Below are positions 13,131 through 27,779 of a stretch of 64,000 nucleotides of DNA, in pieces. The stretch covers positions 25,978,001-26,042,000 of the forward strand of contig CP158635.1 of NCBI GenBank assembly GCA_050273025.1, given 5' to 3'. Source of the DNA: Cenococcum geophilum (lineage: Eukaryota). The stretch's first letter is position 1. Each line of letters starts with the position of its first letter. A program made the translations under genes and the position numbers. A model generated the notes under the pieces. It ran no database searches, had not been told where the DNA came from, and saw only the letters and a program-made list of their open reading frames with translations.

Positions 13131-14529
13131 ATTACGAGTTAATCTAAACGTTGTAAACTAGGCTAGGAAAAGAAGCAGTTCTAAAGATCTCTCTAAGGAC
13201 GATTGGGGGCAGGGGCTGTTAAGAACATTATTATCTTATATATATCTACAAGCTTTTATTATAGTTAGGTGACTAGGGTAGCTAAGGGGTAATATACCCA
13301 AGTTTTATAAGCCGGGGTATAATATATCTGTTTACCCCTTCCTTACCATTTAGCGACCCCGAGTTAAGTTAAGACCTTTACCGATCTTTACCACCTATAG
13401 TATATAGCGGGAACTTCTTTATATATAAAAATAAAAATGCAGAGCAAGTGGCGTCTTTCCGTATTTATGTGGTCTAGTGATTCGGATTTAGGCTGCCTTT
13501 ACACGCAACTTCGCATTTTATATCATTTGCAGCCTAGCTTAAGTTCACGTACACTCTTATTACTCTAATAAGAATTGTTATATAGCTCGGCCTTATAGAC
13601 ATGCATGTATGGCCTTTACTTAGTATTTCACCAACCAATATATAAATAGACTATTAAAGGCCTTTAAGGACCTCTAAAGACTTTTAAAGACCTTTAAAGA
13701 CCTCTAAAGGCTAGTAACTATAATACACCCACTAGAGGCAAGCAGTACATAACCTACCCCTTCTATATTATTAATAATCTAATTACTACTCTTAGATACC
13801 TGTTCTTATAATAGATACGTCTAATATAGGTAAAACTTCGATCTATTAGGTTCTAATAATAGGGGAAACTATCTTTAAGGAAGAGAAAAGAGGAAAGGTC
13901 TCCTATATAGGATGGAAAGAAGAAAATTTAAGAGAGGTAAAGGTAAGTAATTGCCTATATATTAGGTGAGCAGGTCCCTAACATCTTAAAGATTTATAAA
14001 ATTATCGCTATTATATATATTATACCTAATATTCGCCGGCTTACGGTTCCTATATATAATTTGTTTAATCGGCTTTTTTTAGGCAAACCTAGCTACCATA
14101 GTAGCAGAGTAATTTTAGTGGAACTTGAGTATAAGGGAGCATTAACGAGGTTTAGAGCCTGTTCTGGCGATATAGCGTTTATAGAAGGTGGAAAGAAAGC
14201 TTTAAAGCAATTAGAGATATATATATAGGAGCTTAATAAAGCCACCTAGGCTACTACGCTTCCTTTTGCGTTTAGATTTATATACTAGGCTAGGCCAATG
14301 CTTATAGTAGCTGTGGTACTTCTATATAAGCAATAGTGTCTTCTATAGTTATAGGCCCGCATTCTAATAAATATAACTAGATAACCTAAAGTGCCTACTA
14401 CCCTCCTAAAACCGCAATTGCGGGTAACTAATGCGTAAATAGCTTTTATTCCTATATAGGGCATAAGCCCATATACTTGCTTACTCCTGTAATAATAAGG
14501 CCTATATAGTAGGCTATAGCGCGGGCGAA

Positions 14530-15090
14530 TTACTAGTAGATTAGGGAATAGGAGAACGAAAGCCATAGGGCATTAGTTCCTATAGGGGAGTAGAAGATAT
14601 AAACGGGAGTAGGAGCTATAGGGTATAGTTCTTATAGGGTAGTAGAAAATACAGTTACTATATACTAGATAATAATTTTAGTTTAGGATATAAGAACGGG
14701 AGCTATAGGGGATTGGTTCCCGTAGGGGAGTAGTAGACGTAGCTAATAGCTCCTATAGGGGAGTAAAAGCCGTACAGGAATATAAGCTATAGGGGATTGG
14801 TTCCTATAGGGCGGCGGAATATATAGGTATTAGCACCTATAGGGGATTCGTCAAAGTAAGGGATTTATTAGAGTAGGGGATTTATTAAAGTAGGGGATTC
14901 GTTAGCGTAGGGGATTTATTAGCGTAGGGGATTCGTTAGAGTAGGGGACTAGATCCTATAGGGGATTTATTAAAGTAGGGGACTAGTTCCTATAGGGCGG
15001 CAAAATATATAGGCATTAGCTCCCATAGGGGATTTGTTTAAGTAAGGGACTTATTTAAGTAGGGGATTAGTTAAAGAAAGGGATTTATTC
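14530..15090. repeat. Minisatellite with a 17-bp core (taggggattcgttagcg variants)
   Basis: Units start at 14891, 14908 and 14925, and are more degenerate to the left. Confidence 0.85.
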
Positions 15091-15373
15091 TTCTATAGCC
15101 TCTATTTAGGCGGTATAAGGCTACTTCTAATAGGCTAGGGAGTAGATTGCGTATTTTATGGAAATATAAAGCCTATATAGGATAGTAGGGTATAGGGACC
15201 TAATAATCTGGTAGAAGATTGGGTTATCTACTTTTCTAGGTTTATTTAGCCCCAGCAACTCGCCCTATACTATTTTATATACATTTTAACTAAGGCTACT
15301 ACCTAGCCTTAGCCGCCTAAATCTCCGCAAAACTTCACTTATGCGGTAAAAGAGTAATAAAATATTATTCTAT

Positions 15374-17774
15374 CTACTCTGTTAGTACCTTTAGATCCTT
15401 CCTTACTTCCTAAAGCACCTCCTTTATTTAAGAAGGAAGTTTTTTATCCTTTTCCTTTTGCCTCCTACCGCCTAGAAATACTACCTTCCGCAATTTATTG
15501 ACCTAAGAGATTAGTGGCTAATAGTATAGTAAAAAGTTATCACTTATAGTCTTAAGAAAATCCTCTTTATTAGCCACTGCCCCTTTTTTTATTTCAGCTA
15601 GCTCTTCCGTATCTATAGAATTCCACTTATTAAATCTATTAACAACGTTACCTTTCTTATTAGGTCTATTATAGTAAATGTATATCTAAAATAGCACCTA
15701 AAAGAACGACTTAAAATTATGCTAAGCTAAGTATATCTTACCTAGGAGCACTCTAATCGCTATAAATACTCTTATACTAGTCTTGCCCTACGCTCCTAAA
15801 GGCCTTTCCCGCTACTCCTTAATCGCAAGATTAAAGTCAATTAAGAATGCTGGCTAAGAAGGATTATTATCTTCCTTGTTTATTATAAGGTTGCCTATTA
15901 AAATATTATATTAAATAATGCCGGCCCGCGTGTATAAAGACTTATATCCTTCAATACTACCCTTTAGTATAGTAAGTATTGCAGCCTAAGAGCTTGCCTT
16001 ATAAAGAGGCTTTCCGTAGTCCCTAGTAATAACGCGTCAATGTACTCGATTTAGGGTTATAGGGCGCCTTCCGCCTAAAGGTAGAGAGCCTAAATACGTG
16101 CGCTTACTAGGCGGTAATAGGGCGTTAGTGTAGCTAAACAACCTATTTTTGTTAGAACTTCGGCCTTTCCTTATACTTATTTTTACTCCAGCCGGTTTTA
16201 AAGGCATTATTAAGTCTTTTAGCTTATAGTTTATTGCTCTTATAATATCCAGCCCCTTACGGACGTTTTTATAAATGTTATCTTCCTTACCGCCTATATA
16301 AACTGTCTCGTGGTAATAGTACCTGGCTATATTAACTACTTCTTTCCCTATTACCTTACGTAGCAGTTTGCCTTCTTCCTTACGCTGCGGATACTACTAC
16401 AAGTCTTTAATAATAAGGGGTATCTTAGAGGTATCCCCCTTACGGTATGCTTTTTACTAAGTAGTTGCTTAACCAGTAATATAGCGTACCCGCTTTATAG
16501 GTTTGTTAAGGATAAGACACTTAGTCTAATTATTGCGCACGACCTTAATATATTGCTTGCCGTCTAATATTAAAATAGTAGGGTTAAACCCAAGCTGCTC
16601 CTTATTTATCTAGAGAAATCCCAACATTACTAAGGTAAATTGTAGTCCGTCTTTATTAATATCAAATAGTAATAATATAATGCCTCCTACCCGGTTATAC
16701 TCCTATAGCCATATAATAGATCTATAGAGGGTAAAGCCTAGAATAAAGCAATAAGTGTCTTAAGCGGCGAAGACTTCTCTTATATATTTTCCTAAATTAA
16801 ACTATGCTTATAAGGCTATATTAGTATTTAGATTACTCTTTAGCTCTCCTAGTATAAGTATATGCAACTAATAGTATTAAGAGCTTTCGCTAGCTATTAG
16901 ATCATCTATAAAACCAATATCTAGCTTTCGCTTTACTATAGACCCTTATAAGGGCTGCTTAGTATATATAATAAGCGTTTATCGTGTCTTTAGGGCGGAC
17001 CTATACTCCTCTATAAAGCCTAAAAATAATTTAATTAGGTTATTAAACCACTTTAAAATATCATTTTACTCTGCGCTTCTAGGCTAGTTATACTAGCCGC
17101 CCTTAGCGTATAGCGGATTGTCTCCTTCCTTACATTTCTTAAAAACGGCAGCGCTTACCTCTTTAAGACCTTCTACTCCCCTAAAGAATACTTTATATAA
17201 GCTAGGAATCCCCACGTAAAGAGGGCCTAGCTCCTCCTTTAGAATATAATCTACGTATTTCCTATATTTAGACGAGTTAGTAAAGCTACTTATATTATAT
17301 AGATATAGGGTTTAAATATAGAATAGTAGCGGTCGGGGAGGAGGCATAGACTCTATTATAGTGGCGTACGCCTTTTCCTAGATAACCTCATTAGGTTCAA
17401 TCCAAAGGATCGCATTTAGAAGGGGTAGGAACCGCTTAATATTAAAGTTATCGGAACTGACCGCTAAATTAAGTCTTAATAGATTAACAAGAAGGCTTTT
17501 ATTGCCGCTATTAGATAGCAATAAACAAGAAGCAAAAAGGCTCTATAGAGCTAGTATTAGATTAAGTAAAATATTCTTCAGTTCTATAAGCGTTAGATAA
17601 AAACTTATAGCGGGTATATTAATAATTACCTTTATTACCTATCTAGTACAACAAGTTTAAAGAGCTAGAGATATCTAGATCCTAATAAGCCAAATTAAAT
17701 AAATCGCGAAAGTTACTTAGCCCTTCCCTAATAGGCTTTGTTTTTATTATCTCTAATCTAAAGAGATTCGCTAT
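15374..17774 (-). pseudogene. FunK1-type fungal protein kinase (Pkinase_fungal) relic
   Basis: SIEGYKSLYTRAGII*YNILIGNLII...AFLIDFNLAIKE...GKTSIRVFIAIRVLLG...HNFKSFF*VLF*IYIYY is the RIP form of the GHESL / DISxGN / LIDLDLA / GTRAFMA / HDLESFFWVLFW motifs. The N-terminus reads IIKTKPIGEGL. Confidence 0.92.
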
Positions 17775-19139
17775 TACGGGCGGGCGCGCTAAGAGCTATA
17801 TTAGGAGGGCCAATATAGTAGGCGGGTAGGCAGGTAAAGGGAGATTAAGAGGCCAGTATATAAGGACGGTATAATAGCAGAGAAGTAAATAAGTGCAGGG
17901 AGGTCAAATATATATTAGGCGCGTCTTAAAATAAGGGAATAGTAAGGGAGGAAAGAAAGTAAGGTGCGAGTAGAACGCAAAAAGGATTTAAAGGTTAGGC
18001 GCGGAAAAGTTAAGCTAATCTAATATAGCTTAGACTAAGGCTTCGCGGGGCTTAGTTAAATACTAAGCTATAATAACCTAAAGTGGAAAGTTGCAGGCAG
18101 CATTTATTAGTAATTATAGTTATTAGCTTTTAGTTTATTCCGTAACGCGTAAGGCTTAAATAGAGTAAGGCTCTAATATAGCGATACTAAAAGGCGCTAG
18201 GTAAGGTACAGCTGGCGACAGTGGGTTAATTATTAGGTTAGTTATATAAGCACCTATAATTAATTACGTAGCTAATCCTAAAATAAGCTAAACCTAATAT
18301 ACTAAATACAGATATAGCTAACCCCATTTTATAGCGCTTAATTAACCTATTTCCTATAACCAGGATCTAGTTCTTAGAACCAGATCCTTTTTTAAAATCA
18401 CACCCTTTTTATAGCAGTTAATTAGTCTACTTTATAAACCTAAATTAGGATCCTAGTTTCAGAATTAAATTCCGTTCCTAGAATTATAACTTAAGCTATA
18501 ACTAAAAATAGCTTCTCTTTTCCAAGACCATTAAACCGCTTGGCTTAACGCTATACCTTTTTAGCTACGTTTAGTACGTTTAGCTTAAAATTAGGATAGA
18601 ATATACTTCTTAGAACAAGATCCCATTTTTAAAGTTATAACTTAGGCTAATATTAAGAGAGATATCCGGTATTTATCCTTAACATTCCCACCTTATTAAT
18701 ATGAAATTTAGAGTTAACCCGCACCCTAGTTACCTATAAAAACGCTAGAGACTTTAATACCTTAACTTTAATTCTTTATAGAGGACTAAGTAAGTTATAG
18801 GGCGGCTAACTTATTACTACTAAGTATATAAAGGTAGAGGACTTATAAGCTTACTATAAGCGAGTTCTTAACTTTAATTTAACGTATATACAAACAATAA
18901 CAAGATACTCTTAATATAGAAGCAACTAGATAGAAAAATAATACCAAGCTAAAGAAATCCTAATTGGCGCCTTAATTCTTAACGCTAGAAAACAAGAACG
19001 TAATTACAAAAATCTTTTCTTATAAGAAATTTCTCATTTCTTTGGCTTCTTAGAGGCTCTATCTATAGTGCAATCTACCTTTCTTTTACGTGTCCCTTTT
19101 ATTAATAGATCTTCTAAATAATTATCTAGCGCCTTTTCT

Positions 19140-20000
19140 AGTTGGTCTCTTTACTTAATTAGCTTAGGTAAAACTATTTTAATTTCGCTACGGCCTTCTA
19201 GGCTCTTAAGATAATTAGTATACATTTCTATATCCTCTTATATATCACCCTCTATATTATCGCCAATTTTATAAGAGTTAACCTCCTTAGTTATATAAGT
19301 AGGTATAAAGGACATCTACTACTGTCCTGGTTAATCTCCTTACTTATATAGTTTACCCTTCTTAACTATCTTAATTATAACATCTTTAAGCGGTTTGTAT
19401 ATCTTAGTATAATAATAAAGGTAATAAGGATTCTCAGTATAGTATAATGAAAGTTTCTTTTGCGGTATAGCCACCGCTAAAACCCAGGTAGGATACTAGT
19501 ATATTACTGCGATAGGACCATATAAAGATATAATTCCTCTATAACTGGGGTTTCGGAGACGTATTATATCCTTTATTATATAATAAGTAGGTAACTAGAA
19601 TATAAGATACTTTACTTATCCGCTTAAGATCTTAGTATCGGAAATTGTTAATACTTTAGATAGATATATAGGGACTAAACCATTCTCTGCTTAATTATTA
19701 GTATTGCTAAATAATATAGGTATCTTATAAATATACCTCTAGGTACCAGCGAAATATATTTAAAACCTACAACTATATTTATTTACTAGGATAAGCCTTT
19801 AATATAGTTCTCTTTTGGTTAAGGCGAGTCTATCTTAGCCTCGCCATAGTCCTCTATTAGCTTAGGTAAGTCTATTTTAGTTTCGCCGTAGCCTTCCAAT
19901 CCCCTAAGATAATTAAGGTACATTTTTTATACACCTCCCTAAACCGTATCCTCTTATATATCGCCCTTTATATTGTCGTTATTTTCGTAAGAATTGGCCT
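19140..20000. repeat. Internal ~130 bp duplication (19150-19285 vs 19865-20000) within a probable minus-strand gene relic
   Basis: The string ctatttta(a/g)tttcgc...gccttc...ctaagataatta...tacattt...tcctcttatatatc is present twice. Confidence 0.7.
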
Positions 20001-22019
20001 TATTAGGTGTTTAAGTAGGCGTATAAGGTATCTATTTCTGCATAGGGTCGGAAAGCTACAATTATTTCTCCTCCCCACTACCAGATACCGTGTCTTTATC
20101 GTTAATACAATTTTAGGATAATTTAAGGTTTCCAGTAGGTTAATAATTAGGTATATTATCTTCGAGGTAATAGCATATTGTGATATTTTTATAAGCACTA
20201 ATTAAGGACCTATAAGTTATATTAGCAATATATCTAAGCTTAGTTAAGGTAACATATATAATATTTAGTATTCTTATAAAGATAATAAGGGATATATAGT
20301 TAAGAGGTTAGATTTAAAGGTAAGTCGAATTAATAGCATATAAGAACTAGGAGCATAACGTTTATATTCTATTTCTCTCCCAAAATAGAGTTAGGACAGA
20401 AAGTAAAAGAAAAAGACGGAGTATACTAGCCGCCCCTTTCTACTTTATATAGTGTCTATAGTACAATATTTAGTAGCTGTAATTACTCTTAGCTTAGGTA
20501 TTATCTACGCCTAAAACTATAGGTACCTAAAGTAATCCGCAAGTAAGGCATTATTAGAAGTAGCTATTGGCTAAGCTGTTGCTAAATTTAAAAGGCTAAT
20601 AATCCCTAATAGACGCCGCATACCTTAGTAGGGTTTAGAAGTGTTTGTATAAAGTTATAAACTAGAATCGGAAGTTAACAATAACCCCTAATAACGCCTC
20701 TTTTAGCAGAAATAGCATTATATAATCCACTTCCAACGCCAATCCTTCTCGGGGCAAGACACTGCCTAAGTAGTAGACTTATCCTAGCCAGTTAATCTTA
20801 TATATTAACCCCCCATCTATAGCAAAGGAGCTATTAGTGCCTATAAAATGGTTTAATTAGCATTCTAGCTAAGCCCTTTATAAGCGCTCCGCCTTATATA
20901 GGCGGCAATTAACTCCTATTAATCTGCCTTGCGTTAAGGGAGATCTTTTACTTAAGGCGCTAAGCAGCCAGTACTTAGAGGTCTATAGACATATTCTATA
21001 TCCTAGCAGCATTAACTATAACTCCTTAAGTAGTATCCCGTAACCCTTAAGTACCTATAAATACACTATCCCTAAATTACTAGCTACTAAGTAGGCATTT
21101 ATAGATAGAGAAACTAACTTTAGAGATAACAACAGTGACCTAAAGGCGTAGACTAGTTACGAAAGTGACTTTAGTAATAAGGATTAAGAATAGGACATAA
21201 AGACATTATACAGCAAAGAAAATGGTTTTAGTACTAAAGATTAAGAAATAGGGGCAGACGGTAATAAAGAGGTATTAAGCGACAAGGCCATATAGGCGAC
21301 GGTTAAATACGGTGGCCTTAACTTTATAGTCTTAAATCTATAAATAAAGAATAAAAATATAAAGAAAAGTTCTAATAAAAGCTAGTAAAAGGGTTAAAAC
21401 TTTAGCCTCTCTTTATTTAGCCTATCGCGAAATAAAATAATATTTCACTATTCCTACTAGAGTCTCTGCCTGCTTGACTTATAGCGAGCTATAAAGCATT
21501 TATAATAATCTATACTTTCACTTAGATGAATTTATTTACTACCTTAAAAGTAATAAGTAAGGTAAATCTATACTAATAACCTAGGATTTTTTAAATTTCT
21601 TATAGACTTAGGACGCATACTACCTTAGCAACTATTAGTCGTGTTTAAGACTACGGTACTTATTAATTTATATCTTAAGGATATAAACATATTATTTTAT
21701 AGTGTTTTCTTTTTATTTAAATTATTTCTCTACTTATAGTATATAGCGGTTATTTACCTATCCTAGTGTAGTAGGGAGGGGTAGTTAGGTTACGTGAGGG
21801 GGCTTAGATTTATAGCTACGCTTATAGGGCTATTTATATATAAACTTCTTTAAGTATATATAAGGGGGCTTTAAGTCATTACAAAGTCTATATATATAGG
21901 AACTTCTTTAATATTTCTAGATCTAGGACTTATATATTTCTTTTTTTTATAGTTCTAGTATTTTCCTAATATTTGCTTCCCATTTACATGCTAGGCATTA
22001 ATAGAGGGCGCCAGGTTAG

Positions 22020-22560
22020 ATTACCCTGCTTGTATAATTACCTAGCTTATACGATCACCTAGCTCGCACAATCGCCTAGCTCGCACGATTACCTAGTTCG
22101 CACAATTACCTAGCTCGCACGATCGCCCAGCTCGCACAATCACCTAGTTCGCACAATCACCCAGCTCGCACGATCGCCTAGCTTGCACGATCACCTAGTT
22201 CGCACAATCACCCAGCTCGCACGATCACCTGGCTCGCACGATCACCCAGTTCGCACGATCGCCTAGCTCGCACGATCACCTAGCTTGTAGGATCTGCCAG
22301 CTCCCACGAGCATCTAGCTCGCACGATCGCCCAGCTCGCACGATTACCCAGTTCGCATGATCGCCCAGCTCGTATAATTACCTAGCTCGCAGGATTGCCT
22401 AGCTCCCATAAGCACCATGCTCGCATGGTCACCTAGCTTGTACAATTACCTAGCTTGTAGGATCTGCCAGCTCCTACGAGTATCTAGCTTATACGATTAC
22501 CTAGCTCGCATAATTACCTAGCTTGTATAATTACCTAGCTTATAGGATCGCCTAGCTTAC
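22020..22560. repeat. 17-bp minisatellite (cacctagctcgcacgat), about 30 copies
   Basis: The tandem units are directly visible. Confidence 0.95.
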
Positions 22561-23929
22561 CTATTAATATCCTATTTATACGCTAGGCGTTAATTAGAGG
22601 ATGAATAAAAGTTATATTATATATTTAGCTATAATAGGGGAGATTATCTATTAAGCACTGCTATACTATTATTAAGTCACATCTAGGAGCTTTTTAAGGC
22701 CTATAGTATATCTAAATTCCATATTTTAATATCTCCTATCCTTCCTATAATATTTTCTTAGTAAGCATTTCTTATTAAGTCTCACCCTAATTAAGGTTAA
22801 GTAGTATCTCCTTTAAATATTAAACTTTCTTTAGATTATTATAAGCGTTATAGTAATTAATAAGGTTTTAGAAAGCCTTATCTTCTTTATTATCTATTAT
22901 TAACTTATAGTCTTTAAAATAAGAGTAAATAATGCTACGTTGTCTTTCGAATTCCTTTTTTTAGTTATTACTAATTTCACTCTATTTTAGTGTTAAAAGC
23001 TAGATCAGCTGCAATATATAAAGCTATATCGGCAAAATATGGTACCCTACCAATGGCCTTAATGGTTGGTGGTTGACGCAATTGGCGCGCAGTTGAGGGC
23101 ATTTGGCAACTCGACCGACTAGCCTATATCGTGTTTTTTTGACATATAGCCTGCGCGCAGCTTACGCGCAACCTGCGCGTAACCTACGCGCAACCTATAC
23201 GCAACCTACAACCACAATTATATTTGGAGCTATCCACCTCTTTTGTACTAATAGTATATTTTAGATAATAAATAAAGGCTACTTTAAAGCTATTTATAAG
23301 GCTAGCAAGGCAAATTATATACACTTCTTTATATAATCCATTATATTATTTTAGACAATTTAATATAATATCCCAACTGTTTTATAATATATTCTAAAAG
23401 CATAAGACCTTTTCTGCTCTCCCTGCGACAATAATATACTATAAGTATTTAGCTTTGCTAGTATAGCATATATATATAGCTAAAAAGTAGCTACTAAGAG
23501 TAGCAGATATAGGCTGAAAGAAAGGTAGATTAAGAGCTAGTATATACAATAAAGAAGCCGTAGTTATCCTATAGGAGAGTATGGAAAGTCCTATACCTAA
23601 TCTTTTACTAAAAACTTTACCGGCTCCTCTATACTAGAGTCTAGAGTATATATTATAAACTTTATATACTGCTCCTCATTCTTAATTAAATTTGATATTG
23701 CTTTTCCGTTACTATACTAGCCATAGCTATCCTCTGCAAGGCTGTAGTACTGCTTAAATTGTGTAAATAACTTATTAGATTTAAACCTTTCCGGCTTAGG
23801 CTCGCTGGTTCCTATATTTAGGATAAAGTGGTATACTAAAGCGGAGGATGTATATTTTGCTGAATCTAATGAATTTAGCTAGTTCTAAAAGTTGAATTAG
23901 CAAATATTGTAGTAGTAGTAGGGCCCTAG

Positions 23930-24080
23930 ATTTTCTAGCTTACTCTAGGGCTCTCCCTTTAAAACGGACTTAGCGGACTAGTCTGGCCTACTCTAGAGCT
24001 CTCTATTTAGGATAGACTTAGTAAACTAGTCTAGCCTACTCTAGAGCTCTCCCTTTGAGATAGACTTAGTAGATTAGATA
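23930..24080. repeat. 48-bp tandem repeat, 3 copies
   Basis: The string tctagcctactctagagctctccctt...gacttag recurs. Confidence 0.75.
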
Positions 24081-24149
24081 GTATAGCCTAGCTCACCAAT
24101 AAATAGCCTAAGTTAATAATCGCGTTAGTTTTGTTGTCGCTAAGGCTTA

Positions 24150-25500
24150 TAAGGAACCTCTCTTTTACGTTGTTGCTTAGATCTGCTATAAGGTCGTTAA
24201 GGTTATCTTTATACGGGTTCTTAATAATTTCTATAGTTGATTAATCCGGCATTAGGCCCGTAGTATATTTAATAACTACGGGCTGAAGCCGCAGCTAGAT
24301 TTTAGATTGCCGTTTTCTAGATATCTGGTTCTAGCTGCCTAAGAGGTTAACGTAGGCTTCTATAACGGGTTAGAGAATAATAATAGGTAGTAAAACACCG
24401 GATATGCACTAACTGCTAATAACAGTGCTATAAAAGTTGTCCGTTCCCTTAGACCTAGTTCTATACTCCCTAATTGTATAATATATTGCTGTTAAAACGA
24501 AAGCAATAGTGTTGCCGGTAAGCTTTTTAAACATATTATAAGAGTAGGGTAATTAGGCAAGGCCGTTTCTTCCTCTACTATAAAATATACCAGCTATGCT
24601 AGTAACTATTACGTTAGAACGGAAGCGGTTATTACTTGGCTATTAACTCTTATTAGCATTTTACTAAATAGCACAGGCAAAATACCTTTATGTAATCTAG
24701 CGTAATAAAATTATAATTAGTTAGTAGTTCTACGATTAGTTCGGGCGTGTTGTTAAACCCTAGCCTATATACCTCCCTTATAACTATACGAGCCTTTATA
24801 ATTATATGGTTCCTAAAGTTCCCTATTATATTAAATAGCTATATATAATATTAAGATTGTTAGTGGATAATTTAATATAATATTTCTAGTATATAGATAC
24901 CTTATAAGCGGACACCGGGTTAGGAATACAATTAGCTTTTTTTTGTACTGCTTTCGGCTGCTTTAAAATAGCTTCTAACTATGCCTTTTTTATTATATCC
25001 TTAATAAGGCCTAAAAAGCGGTTAAACTATAGGTTAATAAGATGCCCGTTATAAGTCCTAGAGTTAGTTACCAGCCTTGCTAGTAAAATGGACCTATAAA
25101 GCGCAAATATGGGCTTATGTCTCTTAGGTGGGTTTTCTTTTATACATCACCGTTGTGATATTTAGAGGTACTCTTCTCTTGCCCGTATTGCGGCAGTTAG
25201 GTTAAAATCGTTATAGTTTAACTCGTCCTTACTTTCCCTAGTGCTATCTAGGTCCCCTTTAGATTAAATACTAGATTGGTATACTCTATATTAGAGGGAG
25301 GTTACTTGTTTTATAAACAAAGCTATATTAGGGTTTAGGCGAACACAGCTTATTAGGGAGAATATAAAGCTAAATATTGGTTGTTTACGCGATAAGGTTT
25401 GGATTAGGCGCGCGGGAGAGTATTTTAAACTAGCATGCAATTGTTTACGCGGTAAGGTACGGATTGGGCGTATAGGAGAGTATTTTAAACTAATACGCAA
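24150..25500 (-). pseudogene. DUF6532-like protein relic (transposon-associated)
   Basis: NFRNHIIIKARIVIREVYRL...ELLTNYNFI...RFRSNVIVTSIAGIFY...LTGNTIAFVLTAIYYTIREYRT resembles the DUF6532 pattern as recalled. GT-AG introns and N-terminal 60-bp repeats (25350-25500) are present. Confidence 0.5.
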
Positions 25501-25794
25501 TTATTAAAAGCCGGAGGTATATTATAAAGATGCTGCTTTTTATAGCGGTAGGCGGTTAGATAGTAAAGAGAGTGTTTTATTTACTAGGGCTTGCCAAGTG
25601 CTAAATAGTAGAGGAGACTATTAAGTATTACAGTTAGACTCTAGTTATATATAAAGGTATAACCTACCTTAACTAAAAGATTAGGACTTCGCGTCTTTAA
25701 CTAAGCTAGTTCTGCTACTAGATTATTAACAGATTTAGTAGATTTATTAATATTTGGTCGCTGTCGTTTTGTAAAAAAAGCAGGTATAGACTCG

Positions 25795-26195
25795 CAGTCA
25801 CTATCCTTATTATTAGAGATTACCATTTTTGGCCGGAGGCGGCTATATACATTCTATATATTATTAGCCAGCTTAATATATTATATACGACGTTAATAGG
25901 GTCTATTATATGCCTGCTCTTCTTTACGCCTAGATATAACTAGACCAGAGTCGCTATTCTTATTATTAGATATTACCCTTTTAAGCCAGAGGCGGCTATA
26001 TATATTCTATATATTGTCAGCCAGCTTAATATATTATATTCGATGTTAACGGGGTCTATTATATACCTATTTCTCTCTACGTCTAGATATAACTAGACTA
26101 GAGTTATAATATTGCTTATTCTAGCTAGGTTCTATATGCTCGTTCTAGCTGGGTTTTATATACTCGTCCTAGCTGGGTTCTATATGCTCGTTTTC
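25795..26195. repeat. ~153-bp tandem duplication followed by short ctagctgggttctatatgctcg repeats
   Basis: The string cttattattaga...ggcggctatata...ccagcttaatatattata...ctagatataactagac occurs twice. Confidence 0.85.
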
Positions 26196-27779
26196 CGTTA
26201 GCGCGTTCTTCCTTTTATTAGCTAGGACGTGGGCAACTCCTAGTAGTAGGCTAGGTAGAGACGTAAGGTTAATTATACCAGTTATTCTTATTTCCTTATT
26301 TTATATTAACTTAAAGTAGGGTTCTTACTACTAGTTTAAGTGTTCAATAACGCGTTTTTACGTTTACCTGCTATAGTAACACTCCTATATTTGCCTAGTT
26401 AGCAAAAGGTATAGCTTATAGCTAGAATAGGTTACCTTATAGCTATTTTTATAATGTCTAGGGCGTATATAAATTAATAACTTAAAAGAATGTATACTAG
26501 TATGGTATATATTAGACTAATAGCAGTATTAGTAGGAGTATTATTGCTATAGTGCTTGTAAATGACTTAAATAGGGGTGTATTTATTGTAATTAGCTACT
26601 AGTTCTAACCGGTTATGGTTAAGCCGCAACCGCGACCTATTAACTCACGTTAAGTTAGTAGTTAAGAAAATATTATTGCATAGTTAAAGATTATCTAATA
26701 CTATTTACTATTATACGCGAAACTGTTTTATTCTATTAGTATATCCCTTAGCAGATACGGTATACATATATAAAAGGTTAAACGTTAATCCTAGTAACAA
26801 AAGTAGTAGGCTAGTAAGGCTCGTGTTTAAATTTAATAGGGAGGTACCTTATTAAACCACTTTACCTACTTAGGGCGCTAGCTTTTAGATCCTATACCTT
26901 ATTCCGGTCCACCTATATTAGGTTTAACACCCGTCTCGCGCTTAAAGCGAAGCTTATCTACCTTATCCGTATAGCTCGCTAGTGTAGATAATACTAGGGT
27001 AGGTACAGGCGGTATATAGGATAGTAATCATACTTCTATATAGTTATATCGCCATATTCTACACCCTTATATAACACCTAGTATTTCTACCGCAAACATC
27101 CAACGTTATTCTTCCGCGTCATTAACCCCGCTAGCCTATAGTAAGCCCAACCTATCCCCTATATATATATCGCAATAGCAATCAAATTTAGTAGAATAGT
27201 AAGGAAAGTGCAAGCATAGATATAAGGATTGGGTATTAGATACTGAGAGTGAGCTAGGGATGGTGTTAATATATATTACCTTAACGAGTTTACTAAAAAG
27301 AATGGGTATAAACCTTAGGCTTTGTTGTCTAATCCCCTTAGGTGTTTTAAGAATGCTAGATAAGTTATAAGAATATCTTAGGTTATATTATTCTGAGACT
27401 TTTTCGCCTAATAATATACTAAGGGGCTCTATTAAGCCGTCTACCTTTATATATGGTGATCTATTAAACTAGTAAGCATTTTAGATAAAGTAGTGGCTTT
27501 AAGGCGTATAATCTATGCTGCGGTTATAGTTACCTTTGCCTTTTCTATTACGGGTTAAGGCGTAGAGTAAGGGCTCTTTTTTAACTAGGAGAGGTTTTTT
27601 AGGACAGCTATAGGTTAAGTATCGCCTTAGTATTGACCCGTTTACTAGTTCTACCTATTCTTATATATATAGAGTGCGAGTTATTTAGTGAAGGTAAGGG
27701 TGCAGAAATAGAGGGTGAGTGATTGTATCGTTTTTGGCTGGTAGCGTAGACTATAAATACGAGTTAGTGACGCTGGCTT

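Noticed and set aside
22020..22560. CRISPR-like array
   Set aside because: The units are contiguous with no unique spacers, the context is eukaryotic, and there are no cas genes.
23250..25600. hAT or other second transposase at the left end of the 20 kb insert
   Set aside because: No DDE or hAT dimerisation motifs were found in translation, and it fits a DUF6532-like gene better.
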